From assembly GCF_006345805.1 (NCBI RefSeq), contig NW_021835326.1:1-41948 (forward strand): DNA of 41,948 bases, read 5' to 3'. This DNA is from Octopus sinensis (taxonomy: Eukaryota). Positions 12,010 through 24,532 of the stretch are shown here, piece after piece. A program made the position numbers and the translations under genes. Numbering within the stretch: the stretch's first letter is position 1; every line of letters begins with the position of its first letter. Under the pieces are notes generated by a model. That model saw nothing but the letters and a program-made list of their open reading frames with translations. It was not told the DNA's origin and searched no databases.

Positions 12010-12905
12010 TCCACAAACACACACATGCATGCACAAACATAGACATGCACACGCAAATACACACGTACACACACACATGTACAAACACAAACACGCACAC
12101 ACACACACACGCACACACACACACACACGCATACACACACACGCATATACACACACGCGCATATACACACACGCATACACGCACATATACACGCACACAT
12201 ATGCACGCATACATGCACGCACACACATACACGCACACATATACACATATACACACACATACATGTACAAACACAAACACGCATACATACACACACGCAC
12301 ACACACACACAACGCATATACACACGCATACACACACACGCATATACACACACGCGCATATACACACACGCATACACGCACATATACACGCACACATATG
12401 CACGCATACATGCACGCACACACATACACGCACACATATACACATATACGCACATACACACACGCGCACACATACATCCAGACGTGTGTCTCTACCCACA
12501 CACATAAACACACTCATTAGGCCTCATTTTCTCAACCCCACCCACCCACTCCCTCCCCTCCACTCCTTACTCTTCATTATACAATACAACCAGACTCACT
12601 CCCGAATTCTATATATTTCATTCTATCCTTTCTTCTATGCCAATATTCATTTATCCATTCATTCTTTCATTCATTCGTTCCTTCATTCATTCTTTCATTC
12701 ATTCATTCCTTCATTCATTCCTTCATTCATTCATTTCATTCATTCATTCCTTCATTCATTCTTTCATTCATTCATTCCTTCATTCATTCCTTCATTCATT
12801 CATTTCATTCATTCATTCCTTGTTGTTGTTATTGGTAGTGTTTTTGTTGTACGTCCAGATGAGACTAATTCGCGATATATGGTCCTACGTAACTTATCAA
12901 ACTTT

Positions 12906-12944
<39 letters not shown>

Positions 12945-13063
12945 AACCGCCACCACTACTACTACTACTACTACTACTAACACCACCACTATTCTGATAA
13001 CACCACCACTACTACTACAACTACCACTACCACCACTACTACCACCATCACCACCACCACCAT

Positions 13064-13107
<44 letters not shown>

Positions 13108-13140
13108 TTGCCACTACTACTACCACTACTACTGTTATAA
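12010..13140. repeat. Compound simple-repeat block: (CA)-rich, (TTCA)n, (ACT/ACC)n
   Basis: Seen directly; it accounts for the long His/Thr- and Val/Cys-rich ORFs. Confidence 0.95.
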
Positions 13141-13320
13141 TTCCATTGTTCTTTTTTTTCCTCTGCTCTCTCTACTTCCCCTTCTTTTTCTCCACCACTT
13201 TCTCTTTCTCCTACTCTTCCTCCCACCACCTCCACCACCACCATGTCTGTTTAAACCCCAGGAAATAAAACACAAAGGTGTGTTGTCAACCGAAATACCT
13301 GACATCTATTCTGAAACTAC

Positions 13321-13421
13321 CTGATGATGCAATATCTCTGACAAAGTCATCCACCTGCCATTCTGCACATCACGGAATACTTGCCCTCCAAACACTTTCT
13401 CCGCTTCAAACCGTCTGCCAT
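13321..13421 (-). CDS. Candidate orphan internal exon, 101 nt, unknown protein
   Basis: A non-repetitive island among microsatellites. It has AG before and GT after (TACAAG|ATGG...CATCAG|GTAGTT) and an open frame (D)GRRFEAEKVFGGQVFRDVQNGRWMTLSEILHHQ. The polypyrimidine tract is weak and I recognise no homology. Confidence 0.3.
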
Positions 13422-13911
13422 CTTGTAATTATAAAATGCTTCTCTCATAAAGGTTACAAAACATCATTTTCAATACATTTTTTTTTCTTACACAAGATTT
13501 TCATTATTTATTTATTTATTTATTTTATTTTATTTATCTTATTTTATTTATCCGTTGATTTTGTTATTATTGCCATTTTTTATCGGTGTTGTTGCTGCTG
13601 CTGTTGTTGTTGTTGTTGTTGCTGGTACTGCTGTTCTTGCTGATACTCCAACTCACTTGCTTCTGTTTCTCCTTCTACCCCGCTTCCCCTATTCCATTTC
13701 ATCATCATCACCAACAGCACCACTACCACCACCGCCACCCACATCACCCCTCCTCTAGCATCATCGTCATCATCATCATCACGATCTTATCATCTTCGTC
13801 TTCTTATCATCATCATCATCATCATCATCATTCATCTTCTTCTTCTTCTTCTTATCATCATCATCATCATCATTATTATTGTTATCGTTATTGTTATTAT
13901 TGTTATTGTTA

Positions 13912-13963
<52 letters not shown>

Positions 13964-14103
13964 TATTATGTTTCGCGCACTTCTTTCTTTGTAGAACAGA
14001 TTTTCATTCAGACACATTTCTAATCATAAATACACACATCCATACACAAACTCACGCACTGAGAAGGAGACATAGATAGGTGGATAGATATCTATTGAGA
14101 GGA

Positions 14104-14135
<32 letters not shown>

Positions 14136-14159
14136 AGAGAGAGAGAGATAAACAAAGTT

Positions 14160-14192
<33 letters not shown>

Positions 14193-14273
14193 GACTAATA
14201 TACATTGTACAATTGTGATGCGTATGTGTTCGTGTGAGTCTATACACACATATATACATACATACACACAAGC

Positions 14274-14320
<47 letters not shown>

Positions 14321-14396
14321 TACACGTGCATAACAATTGCATAGGCATTCAAATGAGCAGACAGGTATGTGTGAGCCAGCAGGTAGTGCACATACA

Positions 14397-14504
<108 letters not shown>

Positions 14505-14610
14505 CATATGTAGTCATATCAATTACAAAGTAATTCTTCAGAACAATTATAGCTAATCAAGTAGAATTGATTCATTGTAATAATCAGAAATATCGACGAG
14601 GTCAAAGTAT

Positions 14611-14656
<46 letters not shown>

Positions 14657-14738
14657 TTTTATTTATATATATATATATTCATAGAAATGGCAAGTGAAAA
14701 AAAAGAATGAATGAGACCTCGATATTATGTAAATGGAG

Positions 14739-14934
14739 GAATTTATCTGTAAATATAATTAATATGTGACAATTATTAGGTAGTCATGATAAAACTCCGA
14801 GTTTTGGATGTCTTGTTTTCGATGGCCCGATAACTGAAGAAATGCCGGCGTGGGCTTCCGCCCCGACATCCGAAGCTCGGAGTTTTATCATGACTACCAA
14901 ATAATTGTCATATATTATATTTACAGATAAATTC
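14739..14934. mobile_element. Inverted-repeat element with about 70-bp arms and a hammerhead-like motif; Penelope-like pLTR derivative suspected
   Basis: 14739-14812 is the reverse complement of 14865-14934 with few differences. The spacer and right arm hold the hammerhead-like motif. Confidence 0.65.
14829..14889 (+). ncRNA. Degenerate type I hammerhead ribozyme fold
   Basis: Stem I GATAA/TTATC, intact CTGAAGA core, long imperfect stem II, GAAG in place of GAAA, stem III with loop CGG, GUU site. Confidence 0.5.
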
Positions 14935-15040
14935 TTGATGTCTATCTGTCGAGATGTCTATTTGTCGAGATGTCTATATGTTGACACGTCAATCTGTCTA
15001 TCTATCTGTCTATCCTTTCTCTCTATCATATGTATATATA

Positions 15041-15079
<39 letters not shown>

Positions 15080-15089
15080 TTATATGCAT

Positions 15090-15134
<45 letters not shown>

Positions 15135-15138
<4 letters not shown>

Positions 15139-15330
15139 ATCCAAACATGAAAACACAAAGAGAAAACACAACAACGCGAGAATGTGGAACAATTATAGTA
15201 TTAATGGACGCTCAGGAGGAAAGAAAGAAGGAGGGTTTTACGTTTCGAGCGGAGCTCTTCACCAGCAACATAGGAAAAGGGAAGACGGAGGGAAAAAAAT
15301 CGCCAACGGTACACCCGCGGTCACATTTTG
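15135..15330 (-). mobile_element. Short (TA)n-flanked repeat carrying a hammerhead-like motif
   Basis: GTTAATCCAAACATGAAAACACAAAG is shared with 966-991, and both copies follow (TA)n. Confidence 0.6.
15235..15269 (-). ncRNA. Minimal type I hammerhead ribozyme fold, one core substitution
   Basis: Minus strand: GTTG-CTGGTGA-A-GAGC TCC GCTC-GAAA-C GT A-AAAC. Confidence 0.55.
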
Positions 15331-15779
15331 TATATATACATATATATATACACACACACACGCACACACATACATATATATATACATATACAGCGGAGGG
15401 GCTTCTCTCACCGAGGTTATAGCAGACACTTTCTCAAGGTACAACACGGTGGGACTGAACCACAAAGCATGCAGATGCGAAGCAATCTTCTTAACACATA
15501 GCTACGCCTCTATACGTTTCTATAAATCAGACAATACTACACTATTTTAAGCTATATCTAAAAAAAAAAGGTTGAATTGACATAAACGAACTTATTATAT
15601 AATATTTATTGCAGAATTGCAACAAGTGTCTTCTGTGGCTGTTTATAAATATATAAATATTCTTGTATGTAACAATCTATCAGTAGTTATATATATTCAG
15701 AAAATGTATGTAGATGAGACGATTTTCCATAGTAATAAGCGTGAGAAGGAAGATATAAATATATAAATATATGTAGATA

Positions 15780-15793
15780 TGTAGATATGTGTT

Positions 15794-15841
<48 letters not shown>

Positions 15842-15908
15842 CGTGTTTGCTGATATATACATGGTAAATTCGAAAATACATGTTTATATGTGCAATGTTT
15901 GTTTATAC

Positions 15909-15969
<61 letters not shown>

Positions 15970-16412
15970 CAACTATATGTATTACATACACTTCTATCTC
16001 TGAATATATATGTATGTATATATGCATGTATACATATATTATCTATTATGTTGTATATGTATATATGTATGTATGTATGTTTGTTTGTTTGTATGTATGC
16101 ACACACATACGCACAATGGCAATAAGAATAGGTGAATGCAAATTGAGAGACGTTCCAGGAATTCAAGGAATCTATTATCGGCGTCTACACCAAGAGAAGA
16201 ATACAGAAAATTATGAATGCCAACAATATATAAATATACGCAAACGTACATATTCACCACCAGACACCCACACACGTATACATAGGAATACACACACACG
16301 CACATACAGACACGCTCTTTTACATACAAACATACATACATACATACATACATAAGATATATATATATTATGTATGTTTATATATATATGTATTTTTATA
16401 TATATATATGTG

Positions 16413-16452
<40 letters not shown>

Positions 16453-16454
16453 TG

Positions 16455-16485
<31 letters not shown>

Positions 16486-16521
16486 GTATGTATGTATATA
16501 TATATGTATGTATAGATATAT

Positions 16522-16562
<41 letters not shown>

Positions 16563-16657
16563 TATATATATATGTATGTATATATATGTATATATATATT
16601 GTTATGTATATATATATGTATGTATATATATATATATATATAGTATATATATATATG

Positions 16658-16706
<49 letters not shown>

Positions 16707-17040
16707 TATTCACAATTTATTTCTGCACTTCGTCGTCATTTAACATTTAGCTTTTAGAATTCACGCATTTGCCACCTTTATTGTCATTTCAAAATACAAT
16801 CGTTTCCATCAACACCAATGTCATCATCATCATCATCGTCATTATCATCAGAGGCAGCTGTATGAATAAGTAAAAAACAAAAACAAAAAGTAACCACTAC
16901 ATCATTAACAATCAATTATAGAGAAATGAAAAAGCTTATCGCACGCACCTGCGCAATACAATAAATGCATTATTCGATTGGAGTAAACGTGGAATATAGT
17001 ACATGTATACCTACGTATATATATATATATATACATATAT

Positions 17041-17082
<42 letters not shown>

Positions 17083-17401
17083 TGTGCATGTTGGCATATA
17101 GGTATAAATATATACGTGTGTATATCGATATATATATATATATGTAATACATATATAATTATATATTTATATAACATGTATATTATATATGTATTATTAA
17201 ATATTACGTTATATATACTTATATAAACATATATATACATATGTATATGTGTATATATGTATATATAATGATGTATATATATATTGTATATTCATATATA
17301 GATATAGATATATATTTCCATGTTTATAATTTACACGTGCGTAAGTATAAACTGCACGCACATATAAAGCATAGTAATACATGCATATATATGTATGAGA
17401 G

Positions 17402-17448
<47 letters not shown>

Positions 17449-17450
17449 GG
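15780..17450. repeat. Long (TA)n/(TATG)n/(TG)n-rich region
   Basis: Seen directly; it accounts for the many Tyr/Ile ORFs. Confidence 0.95.
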
Positions 17451-17942
17451 GTGTGTGTTCGTGTGAGTGTATGTATTGGTGTGTTTGTCTTAGTATGTCA
17501 GTATGTATCTATATATGTATAAATGCATACGTGTGTGTATAATATATATACATACATATATAATGTGTTGTGTGTATTTAGACAGATAGAGATAGTCATT
17601 AATAAATATAGAGAGATAAATAGACAGACAGACAGATACAAACCAATGTGTTTATGTATACCAATTCCGAAACAGACACGAAATCTGTGGCGCAATGCTT
17701 TCCTATGTGTAAACAGGAACAAACAGATAAGATTATATAATTAGATTTGTACGCAGTTGACTATGTTCTGCTTGTGTGTTCTATATAGCGAAGAAAGAAA
17801 AGAAAACACAACCATACGTATAGATGTATATATATATACGGACTCTCACACGTACATATGTAACATATATATAACAACTATCAAACAAACAATTATGAAT
17901 ATAGCCATTATATATATATATATATTATATAATTATATATAT

Positions 17943-17984
<42 letters not shown>

Positions 17985-18777
17985 ATACTATATATATATA
18001 TAATGCATACATACACATTAGAGTTCGCATGCGCAGACACGCGATTGCATATAGTTATCTCGATGAAAATGTTTCCAGTGTACTCTCTGCCAACTCATCT
18101 CATTTACTCCACACTTCGTTAACTTACTTCTCCCACACCTTGTTAACAAAGGAGGGATATGTTTTAACATGTTCTGTGGGAGGGAAGTATCACTAATTGA
18201 TAACACTTACATGTAAGCATTTATTATATCGCTTGTTCATATCTCTCTTTTCTGACTGTCATCTGGCATATTCGATGGAAAAGAACTTTTATGTGATCTT
18301 CTCGTACGACTGTCACATAAGCGTAATACATGAACGTTGACCAAAGTGTTTTTATGAAGACGGCTAGAATAGACATAGTTTGCTACACAACTCCAAACAG
18401 TATACCTTATGAAAATTTAATGTGAAACCGGTCAAGTGTTTCCATATAATTTATAATATTATAGTCTAATCTAATATACTCTCTGCTCATTTTGAACTTC
18501 ATTTCTTCTATTCCTCTTTTCGTTTTGATTTCTTAAAAGTTATATAGATAGATAGATAAATAGATATGTAGGTATACATGCAAATATGCATGTATAAATA
18601 TATGAGTAGATAACCCAGCAGAGATATGTCCGTGATTTAGTTAGTTACGTACGTTTCCAACTGTATGACATACCTTAAAATGCTGTAGTGCATCAATTAT
18701 GGATATATAATGTCATCGTTGGCTGGTTCACATTAATATACCAGTCTCTGTCTGTCTGTCTGTCTGTCTGTTGTCTG

Positions 18778-18808
<31 letters not shown>

Positions 18809-19469
18809 TACACACACTAACTCTCCCGATAAGTATGTGCTCATGAGTCTGTGTATGTATGTTTTTACGTACACTTAAATTTGTGTGCGAATGTTCTGTT
18901 TACTACATAGGACTACTACATCGGATCTTTGAACTGATTACAAGCAGTTTTATTTTGTATATACAAGATCATAATTTGCAAATAATAGCATCGCCGATTA
19001 CCAACTTGTAAGAGGGCAATGGCTGACGACTATAAAAACGTGTATATTAACTATGAAAGGATATTGTCAAGTCCGTACTTTGACAATCACGAGTCCTATT
19101 TTTCTCGAATATTCGTTTATTCTTTGCCTACATAAATAGCTATTAATTCTCTCTACTAACTACACGTTTACAAACTGTTCACATACATGATACCATGCCT
19201 GTGTGTGTGTATGTATTTGTGTGTGTACATGTGTGAGACAGTTTGGCAACCGCTGCTGCGTTTCTATCATCTTGAAGTTCGGTAAGATGTCTCGGTTAGT
19301 TTAAGTGCTAAGTGCCAGGTTAAGATAAAGTAGAACTGGAAGACGATTTAACCAACAAAATTCTGCAAAGAAATACCTCAACATTGTTATAGTCCAATGA
19401 TTGAAGCGAGTAAAGTGAAGTATAGTGTGTATAAATCGATCAAGACAAGGCTGAACATCGCTACAAGAT

Positions 19470-20490
19470 TACCACTACAAACACTATTAACTCTACCATC
19501 ATCCAACATAACCATCATCACTATAAACATCACCCACCACTATGGTCTTGCAATACTGTCACTATAGTCCACTACAACCCCACCACCACTACCACCATTA
19601 CAACCAAACTACACCCATCACCGTCATCATCACAACCACCAGCACTAGTACTAACTGCTATCAACACTATCACCACTGCTTCCGCCATGACCACTAGACT
19701 ACTATCACCAGTGAAACAACTACAACCGCCACAGCCACCGCCAATACCATAGGCACCACTACAAACACTATCATCACCACCACCACAAACACTGTGATCA
19801 CTATCCCCGCCACCAACAACACTACCACGTTCTTTAACTATTAACACTACCATCCACAAGAATGCCACAACCACCGCTACCGCCACCACCATCGCTATCC
19901 TCAACACCGCCACTACCGCTTCCACCACCCTCAGGACCATCAACACTACCACTACCGCCACCACCATCGCTATCCTCAACACCGCCACTACCGCTACCAC
20001 CACCCTCAGGACCATCAACACTACTACTACCGCCACCACCATCGCTACCCTCAACACCACCGCTACCGCTATCACCACCCTCCGGACCATCAACACTACC
20101 TTGCTCTTCAATGATCAACACTATCACACACAACAACCATCAAGAAAACTACCACAACCACCACTACCACCACCACAACCACCATCACCATAACCCCTAT
20201 CACCAGTACTATACGCTTCAACTATTAACACTACCACCTACTACAACCGCAACCATCAGCTACCACAACTACCACCACGATCGCCACCGTTACCAACACA
20301 ACCACCACCACCACTACCATCCTTTTCAACTATTAACACCACCACCTACAACACCTGTCACCACCACCACCACCACCACACCACCATTACTATCACCACC
20401 ATCTACTACAGCTGTCACCACCATCACTACCACCATCATCACCACCACTACCAACAACATCACCAATATTCACCACCATTATTACAATGG
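19470..20490. repeat. (ACC/ACT)-rich degenerate repeat with a 75-bp minisatellite of about 3 copies
   Basis: TCAGGACCATCAACACT recurs at 19931, 20006 and 20081 (TCCGGA variant). Confidence 0.9.
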
Positions 20491-20843
20491 CTCATGACAC
20501 AACAGTCAGACATATTACATGGTGACAGACACAAAAACTCGTAATATATCACCAGTTAGACAATACGCCATTATGATTCTCACAAACCGTTGCTTCTTGT
20601 CGACGCCATTTTGCTTTATTCATAATCTTAGTCTTATTGCTTTCAATTCCATTTTTATTTATATTATTTGCTTTGTTTTTCATGGTATCTTTGTTTTTAA
20701 ATTTTATTCTCTTTCTGCTAATATTTTCGTTTGTTTTCATTGAATATTTTCTCTGTTTTTTTTTCTCCACTATACTTCTTTCAATCTATCCTCTTTCTTC
20801 TTTTCTTTGCTCTCTCCTTTGCACACCCCTCTCTCTCTCTCCC

Positions 20844-20928
<85 letters not shown>

Positions 20929-21639
20929 TTGCCTTTCTCTTTCTTGCTTTCGTTTTTTAAAATTTCTTTCATATTTCCACTTTATTTTCGCCGCTCCTTC
21001 TTTCGATTTTATCGTTCCTTCTTTCGCTTTTGTTGTTCCGTTTTTCGTTTATTCTTCAAACTCTTCGTTTATTCTTTCTCCTTTAAATCACTGCTTTTTC
21101 ATTCCTTCCTTCTTTCTTGCATTTTATTCACTTTCTCTCTCATTCTATCTCTGTCTCTCTCTCCTTCCCCTCCGTTGTTTAGAGATTTTATTCAGATTTT
21201 CTTCTCATTCCTTCTTATGCTTTCGTTATTTTCTTTCGTTTCTGTTTCTGTTTACCGCTTTCCCCTATCCTTCAATTTCTCTTTCTTTTTTAACATCACT
21301 GTTCTTTCTCTCTTTTCTTCCTTCTTTTCTGCCCTTCTCTTTCTCTCTGTTTCCCCCATTCTCTCCTCTCTCTCTGTCTTTCTTTCCGTATTAAATTTCT
21401 TTCCTTTCACTCTCTTTTTCTTTTGTTTTCCCTCCCCTTTCAATATTTCTTTCTCTCTTTCCACATTACACCACTGTTTTTCTCACTTTATTTCCTTTCG
21501 TCAATCGTTCCTTACTTCTTTCCTTCCTTCTTTTCTTTCTTCCTTATCACTTAAATGATGATTGTTTGTTTCTTCATTCTTCTAACATTTGGAATTTTGA
21601 AATATAATTTATCATTCTCCTCCTGAACATTATTTAATC

Positions 21640-21695
21640 GCTTCTTCTTCTTCTTCTTCTTCTTCTTCTTCTTCTTCTTCTCTTCTTTTCTTCTC

Positions 21696-21738
<43 letters not shown>

Positions 21739-21760
21739 TTCTTCTTCTTCTTCTTCTCGT
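21640..21760. repeat. (TTC)n microsatellite
   Basis: Seen directly. Confidence 0.95.
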
Positions 21761-22099
21761 CTTTGTTTTCTTCCCTTTCTATCCATCATTTCATTATCAT
21801 CGTCACCATCATCATTATTCCTTCTACTCCATTCCTCCCCTCATCCTCCTCTCCCTACTACTACTACTACTACTAACTACTACTACTATTGCTATTATTT
21901 TAGTATCCTTAATTTTATTGCGTGCATTCAGTGCACAACGGAGCCCGGCTCTGTGTTTCCTTCCATAGGTTTAGTTCATTGGTTTCCGTTTCTGTTATTC
22001 TATTGAAAGCATTGCTTTACGTAATATGAATGCACTGCTTGGTGCCACGGCTATTCTTTTTTGCGTGTATATGTAAATTTTATCATCATCATCATCGTT

Positions 22100-22505
22100 A
22101 AGCGGCGAGCTGGCAGAAACGTTAGCACACCGGGTGAAATGCGTAGCCGTATTTCGTCTGCCGTTACGTTCTGAGTTCAAATTCCGCTAAGGTTCACTTT
22201 GCCTTTCATCCTTTCCTGGTCGATAAATTAAGTACCAGTTACACACTGGGATCGATGTAATCGACTTAATCTGTTTGTTTGTCCTTGTTTGTCCTCTCTA
22301 TGTTTAGCCCCTTGTGGGTAGTAAAGAAATAGGTATTTCGTCCGCCGCTGCGTTCTGAGTTCAAATTCCGCCGAGGTCGACTTTGGTTTTTCTTCTCTCG
22401 GGGTCGATAAATTAAGTACCAGTTGCGTACTGGAGTCGATATAATCTACTAGTTCCCGCCCAACAAATTTGAGGATTTTTACCTCCAGTAGAAAGGATTA
22501 TAATT
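22100..22505 (+). mobile_element. SINE family B dimer
   Basis: The second unit starts at 22333 (GTATTTCG) and ends in the alternative tail AGTAGAAAGGATTATAATTATT. Confidence 0.9.
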
Positions 22506-22509
22506 ATTA

Positions 22510-23493
22510 TTTCTTTTTACCAAAGTTTTTCTTGGAAATCCTGGAGTTTTGCATGCGTAACGGGGTTACGACCTTCAGCCTACGTTACCATGCCATTCGC
22601 TCTTTTCAGCTAATACTTTCCTCATTATTCTGTCCGTGCCAAGGAGCCAAACCTTTTGTAACAGTTCTACTGGGCACTCTGTTCCAATTTCCTTTATAAT
22701 CCACTTGATACCTATTTCTTTACTACCCACAAGGGGCTATACACAGAGAGGACAAACAAGGGCAGAGAAACGGATTAAGTCGATTATATCGACCCCAGTG
22801 CGTAACTGGTACTTATTTAATCGACCCCGAAAGGATGAAAGGCAAAGTCTACCTCGGCGGAATTTGAACTCAGAACGTAACGACAGACGAAATACGGCTA
22901 CGCATTTCGCCCGGCGTGCTAACGTTTCTGCCAGACCGTCTGATACTGCCCCCAAGTACCCAACAATAATTGTCACTATCTTCATCTCCTTCATTTTCCG
23001 TAGCCGGGCTATTTTGTACTTAAGAGGGTTTATCTAGTATTTATCTAGTTTTTTCGCCTTCCCTTTTCTACTGTTCGTGTGTTAAATGGGCATGCAACAT
23101 TAACTATATAGCACATATGGTGCATCTTGTCGACCACCAAAAGGTCCGGTCTGTTATGTTCTAGTCCCTGATCTTTTTGGATTAAGAAATCCCACAGGAT
23201 TTTGCAAGTCCCAGACTCCGCCACTCTCTACTGTTTGCGCTCATACCACATCTTGCCCCTCTCTAGCCCCAACATTTCGAAGTTCCCAGTGTATCACTTT
23301 CGTTACCTGACCGTGTCGCCACGACTTGTAGTGGCTTTAGACAAGTCTAGGGCATTCCTCTGTGATACGGGCAATGGTTTCATCCACAACGGAAACACTT
23401 GCTCATTCGAAAGGTTGAACCTCCAGTTCGTGACCAAAGCTTGATCTTGCACTGCCAGTATACTGATCTCGGTCTCTTTTTTTAGTGTTCCTT
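22510..23493 (-). mobile_element. 5'-truncated R4/Dong-like non-LTR retrotransposon (zinc-finger region, REL endonuclease, 3' UTR), decayed
   Basis: Minus-strand frames give KGTLKKETEISILAVQDQAL; ETIARITEECPRLV*SHYKSWRHGQVTKVIHWEL; KILWDFLIQKDQGLEHNRPDLLVVDK...CYIVNVACPFN; LKYKIARL...IVTIIVGYLGAVS; EIGTECPVELLQKVWLLGTDRIMRKVL. These are characteristic RH..V..IHW, ILWDF, RPD and LLGT.RI.R motifs. It ends in an AAT-rich tail. Confidence 0.85.
22712..22940 (-). mobile_element. SINE family B inserted into the R4-like LINE
   Basis: The LINE reading resumes on both sides. A TGATAC direct repeat at 22706-22711 and 22941-22946 is a possible TSD. Confidence 0.88.
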
Positions 23494-23504
23494 TCATTAT
23501 TATT

Positions 23505-23813
23505 AGTTTATTTTACGTGACCGACCAGGCTGTCAGATGTTGCTACACATTGCTGGTCACAATACGCTTCGCATTGTTTTAGCCTTCAAATGATGCCACC
23601 CCGCTGGCTAAGCGAGCAGGCCAACAGAAGAAAAAGTGAGAGAAAGTTGTGGCGAAAGAGTACGGCAGGGATCGACCCCACCTCTGCCGGAGCCTCGTGG
23701 AGCTTTAAGTGTTTTCGCTCAATAAACACTCACAACGCCCGGTCTGGGAATCGAAACCGCGATCCTACGACATCGAGTCCACTGCCCTAACCACTGATCC
23801 TTTGCGGCTCCAC
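23505..23813 (-). mobile_element. tRNA-derived SINE, family D, with an 11-bp TSD
   Basis: Minus-strand head GGATCAGTGGTTAGGGCAGTGGACTC...GGTTTCGATTCCCAGACC. TCATTATTATT occurs at 23494-23504 and 23814-23824. Confidence 0.85.
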
Positions 23814-23824
23814 TCATTATTATT

Positions 23825-23977
23825 TATCTTTATCACAGGTTTTGTTGGAGCTCCTGGAGTCTTATATGACAAGAAGGCTTGCTACCTGCAGCCTACGGTA
23901 CCATGCTATCTATTCCTTTCAGCTATCTACTATTTTCCTTATTAATCTCGCCATACCAAGGAGGCAAACCTTTTGTA
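23825..23977 (-). mobile_element. Second, severely 5'-truncated R4/Dong-like 3' end
   Basis: QKVCLLGMARLIRKIVDS* followed by a 3' UTR homologous to about 22520-22660. Confidence 0.75.
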
Positions 23978-23991
23978 TTATTATTATTATT

Positions 23992-24071
<80 letters not shown>

Positions 24072-24088
24072 CGTTGTTTTTATCGTTC

Positions 24089-24168
24089 GGGTCACTGCTT
24101 GGAATCGAGCTCGGAATCTTGGGGTTAGTAGCCCGCGCTCTTAACCACTACGCCATATGCCCGTGGGC
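24089..24168 (-). mobile_element. SINE family E, tRNA-like head followed by (AAT/GAT)n
   Basis: GGCATATGGCGTAGTGGTTAAGAGCGCGGGCTACTAACCCCAAGATTCCGAGCTCGATTCC; an inverted counterpart lies at 24413. Confidence 0.8.
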
Positions 24169-24179
24169 ATAGTTCCACT

Positions 24180-24411
24180 AGGCGGCGAGCTGGCAGATAC
24201 GTTAGCACGCCGGGCGAAATGCGTAGCCGTATTTCGTCTGCCGTTACGTTGTGAGTTCAAATTCCGCCGAGGTCGACTTTGCCTTTCATCCTTTCGGGGT
24301 CGATAAATTAAGTACCAGTTACGCACTGGGGTCGATGTAATCGACTTAATACTTATGTCTGTCCTTGTTTGTCCCCTCTGTGTTTAGCCCCTTGTGGGTA
24401 ATAAAGAAATA
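24180..24411 (+). mobile_element. SINE family B monomer
   Basis: Full head, body and tail. Confidence 0.92.
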
Positions 24412-24412
24412 A

Positions 24413-24476
24413 GTAATGGTTAAGAGCGCGGGCTACTAACCCCAAAATTCCGAGTTCGATTCCTGGTAGCGACTTG

Positions 24477-24532
<56 letters not shown>

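Noticed and set aside
16110-16190. Possible minus-strand exon (pyrimidine tract-TAG ... GTATGT; DADNRFLEFLERLSICIHLFLLPLC)
   Set aside because: The donor comes from a TG/TA microsatellite, the peptide is not recognisable, and neither open frame is phase-compatible with the 13321-13421 candidate.
24089-24168. tRNA-like sequences here and at 2760-2838, 23740-23813 and 40498-40570
   Set aside because: They have A/B boxes but no proper acceptor stem, and they continue into SINE bodies, so they are SINE heads rather than tRNA genes.
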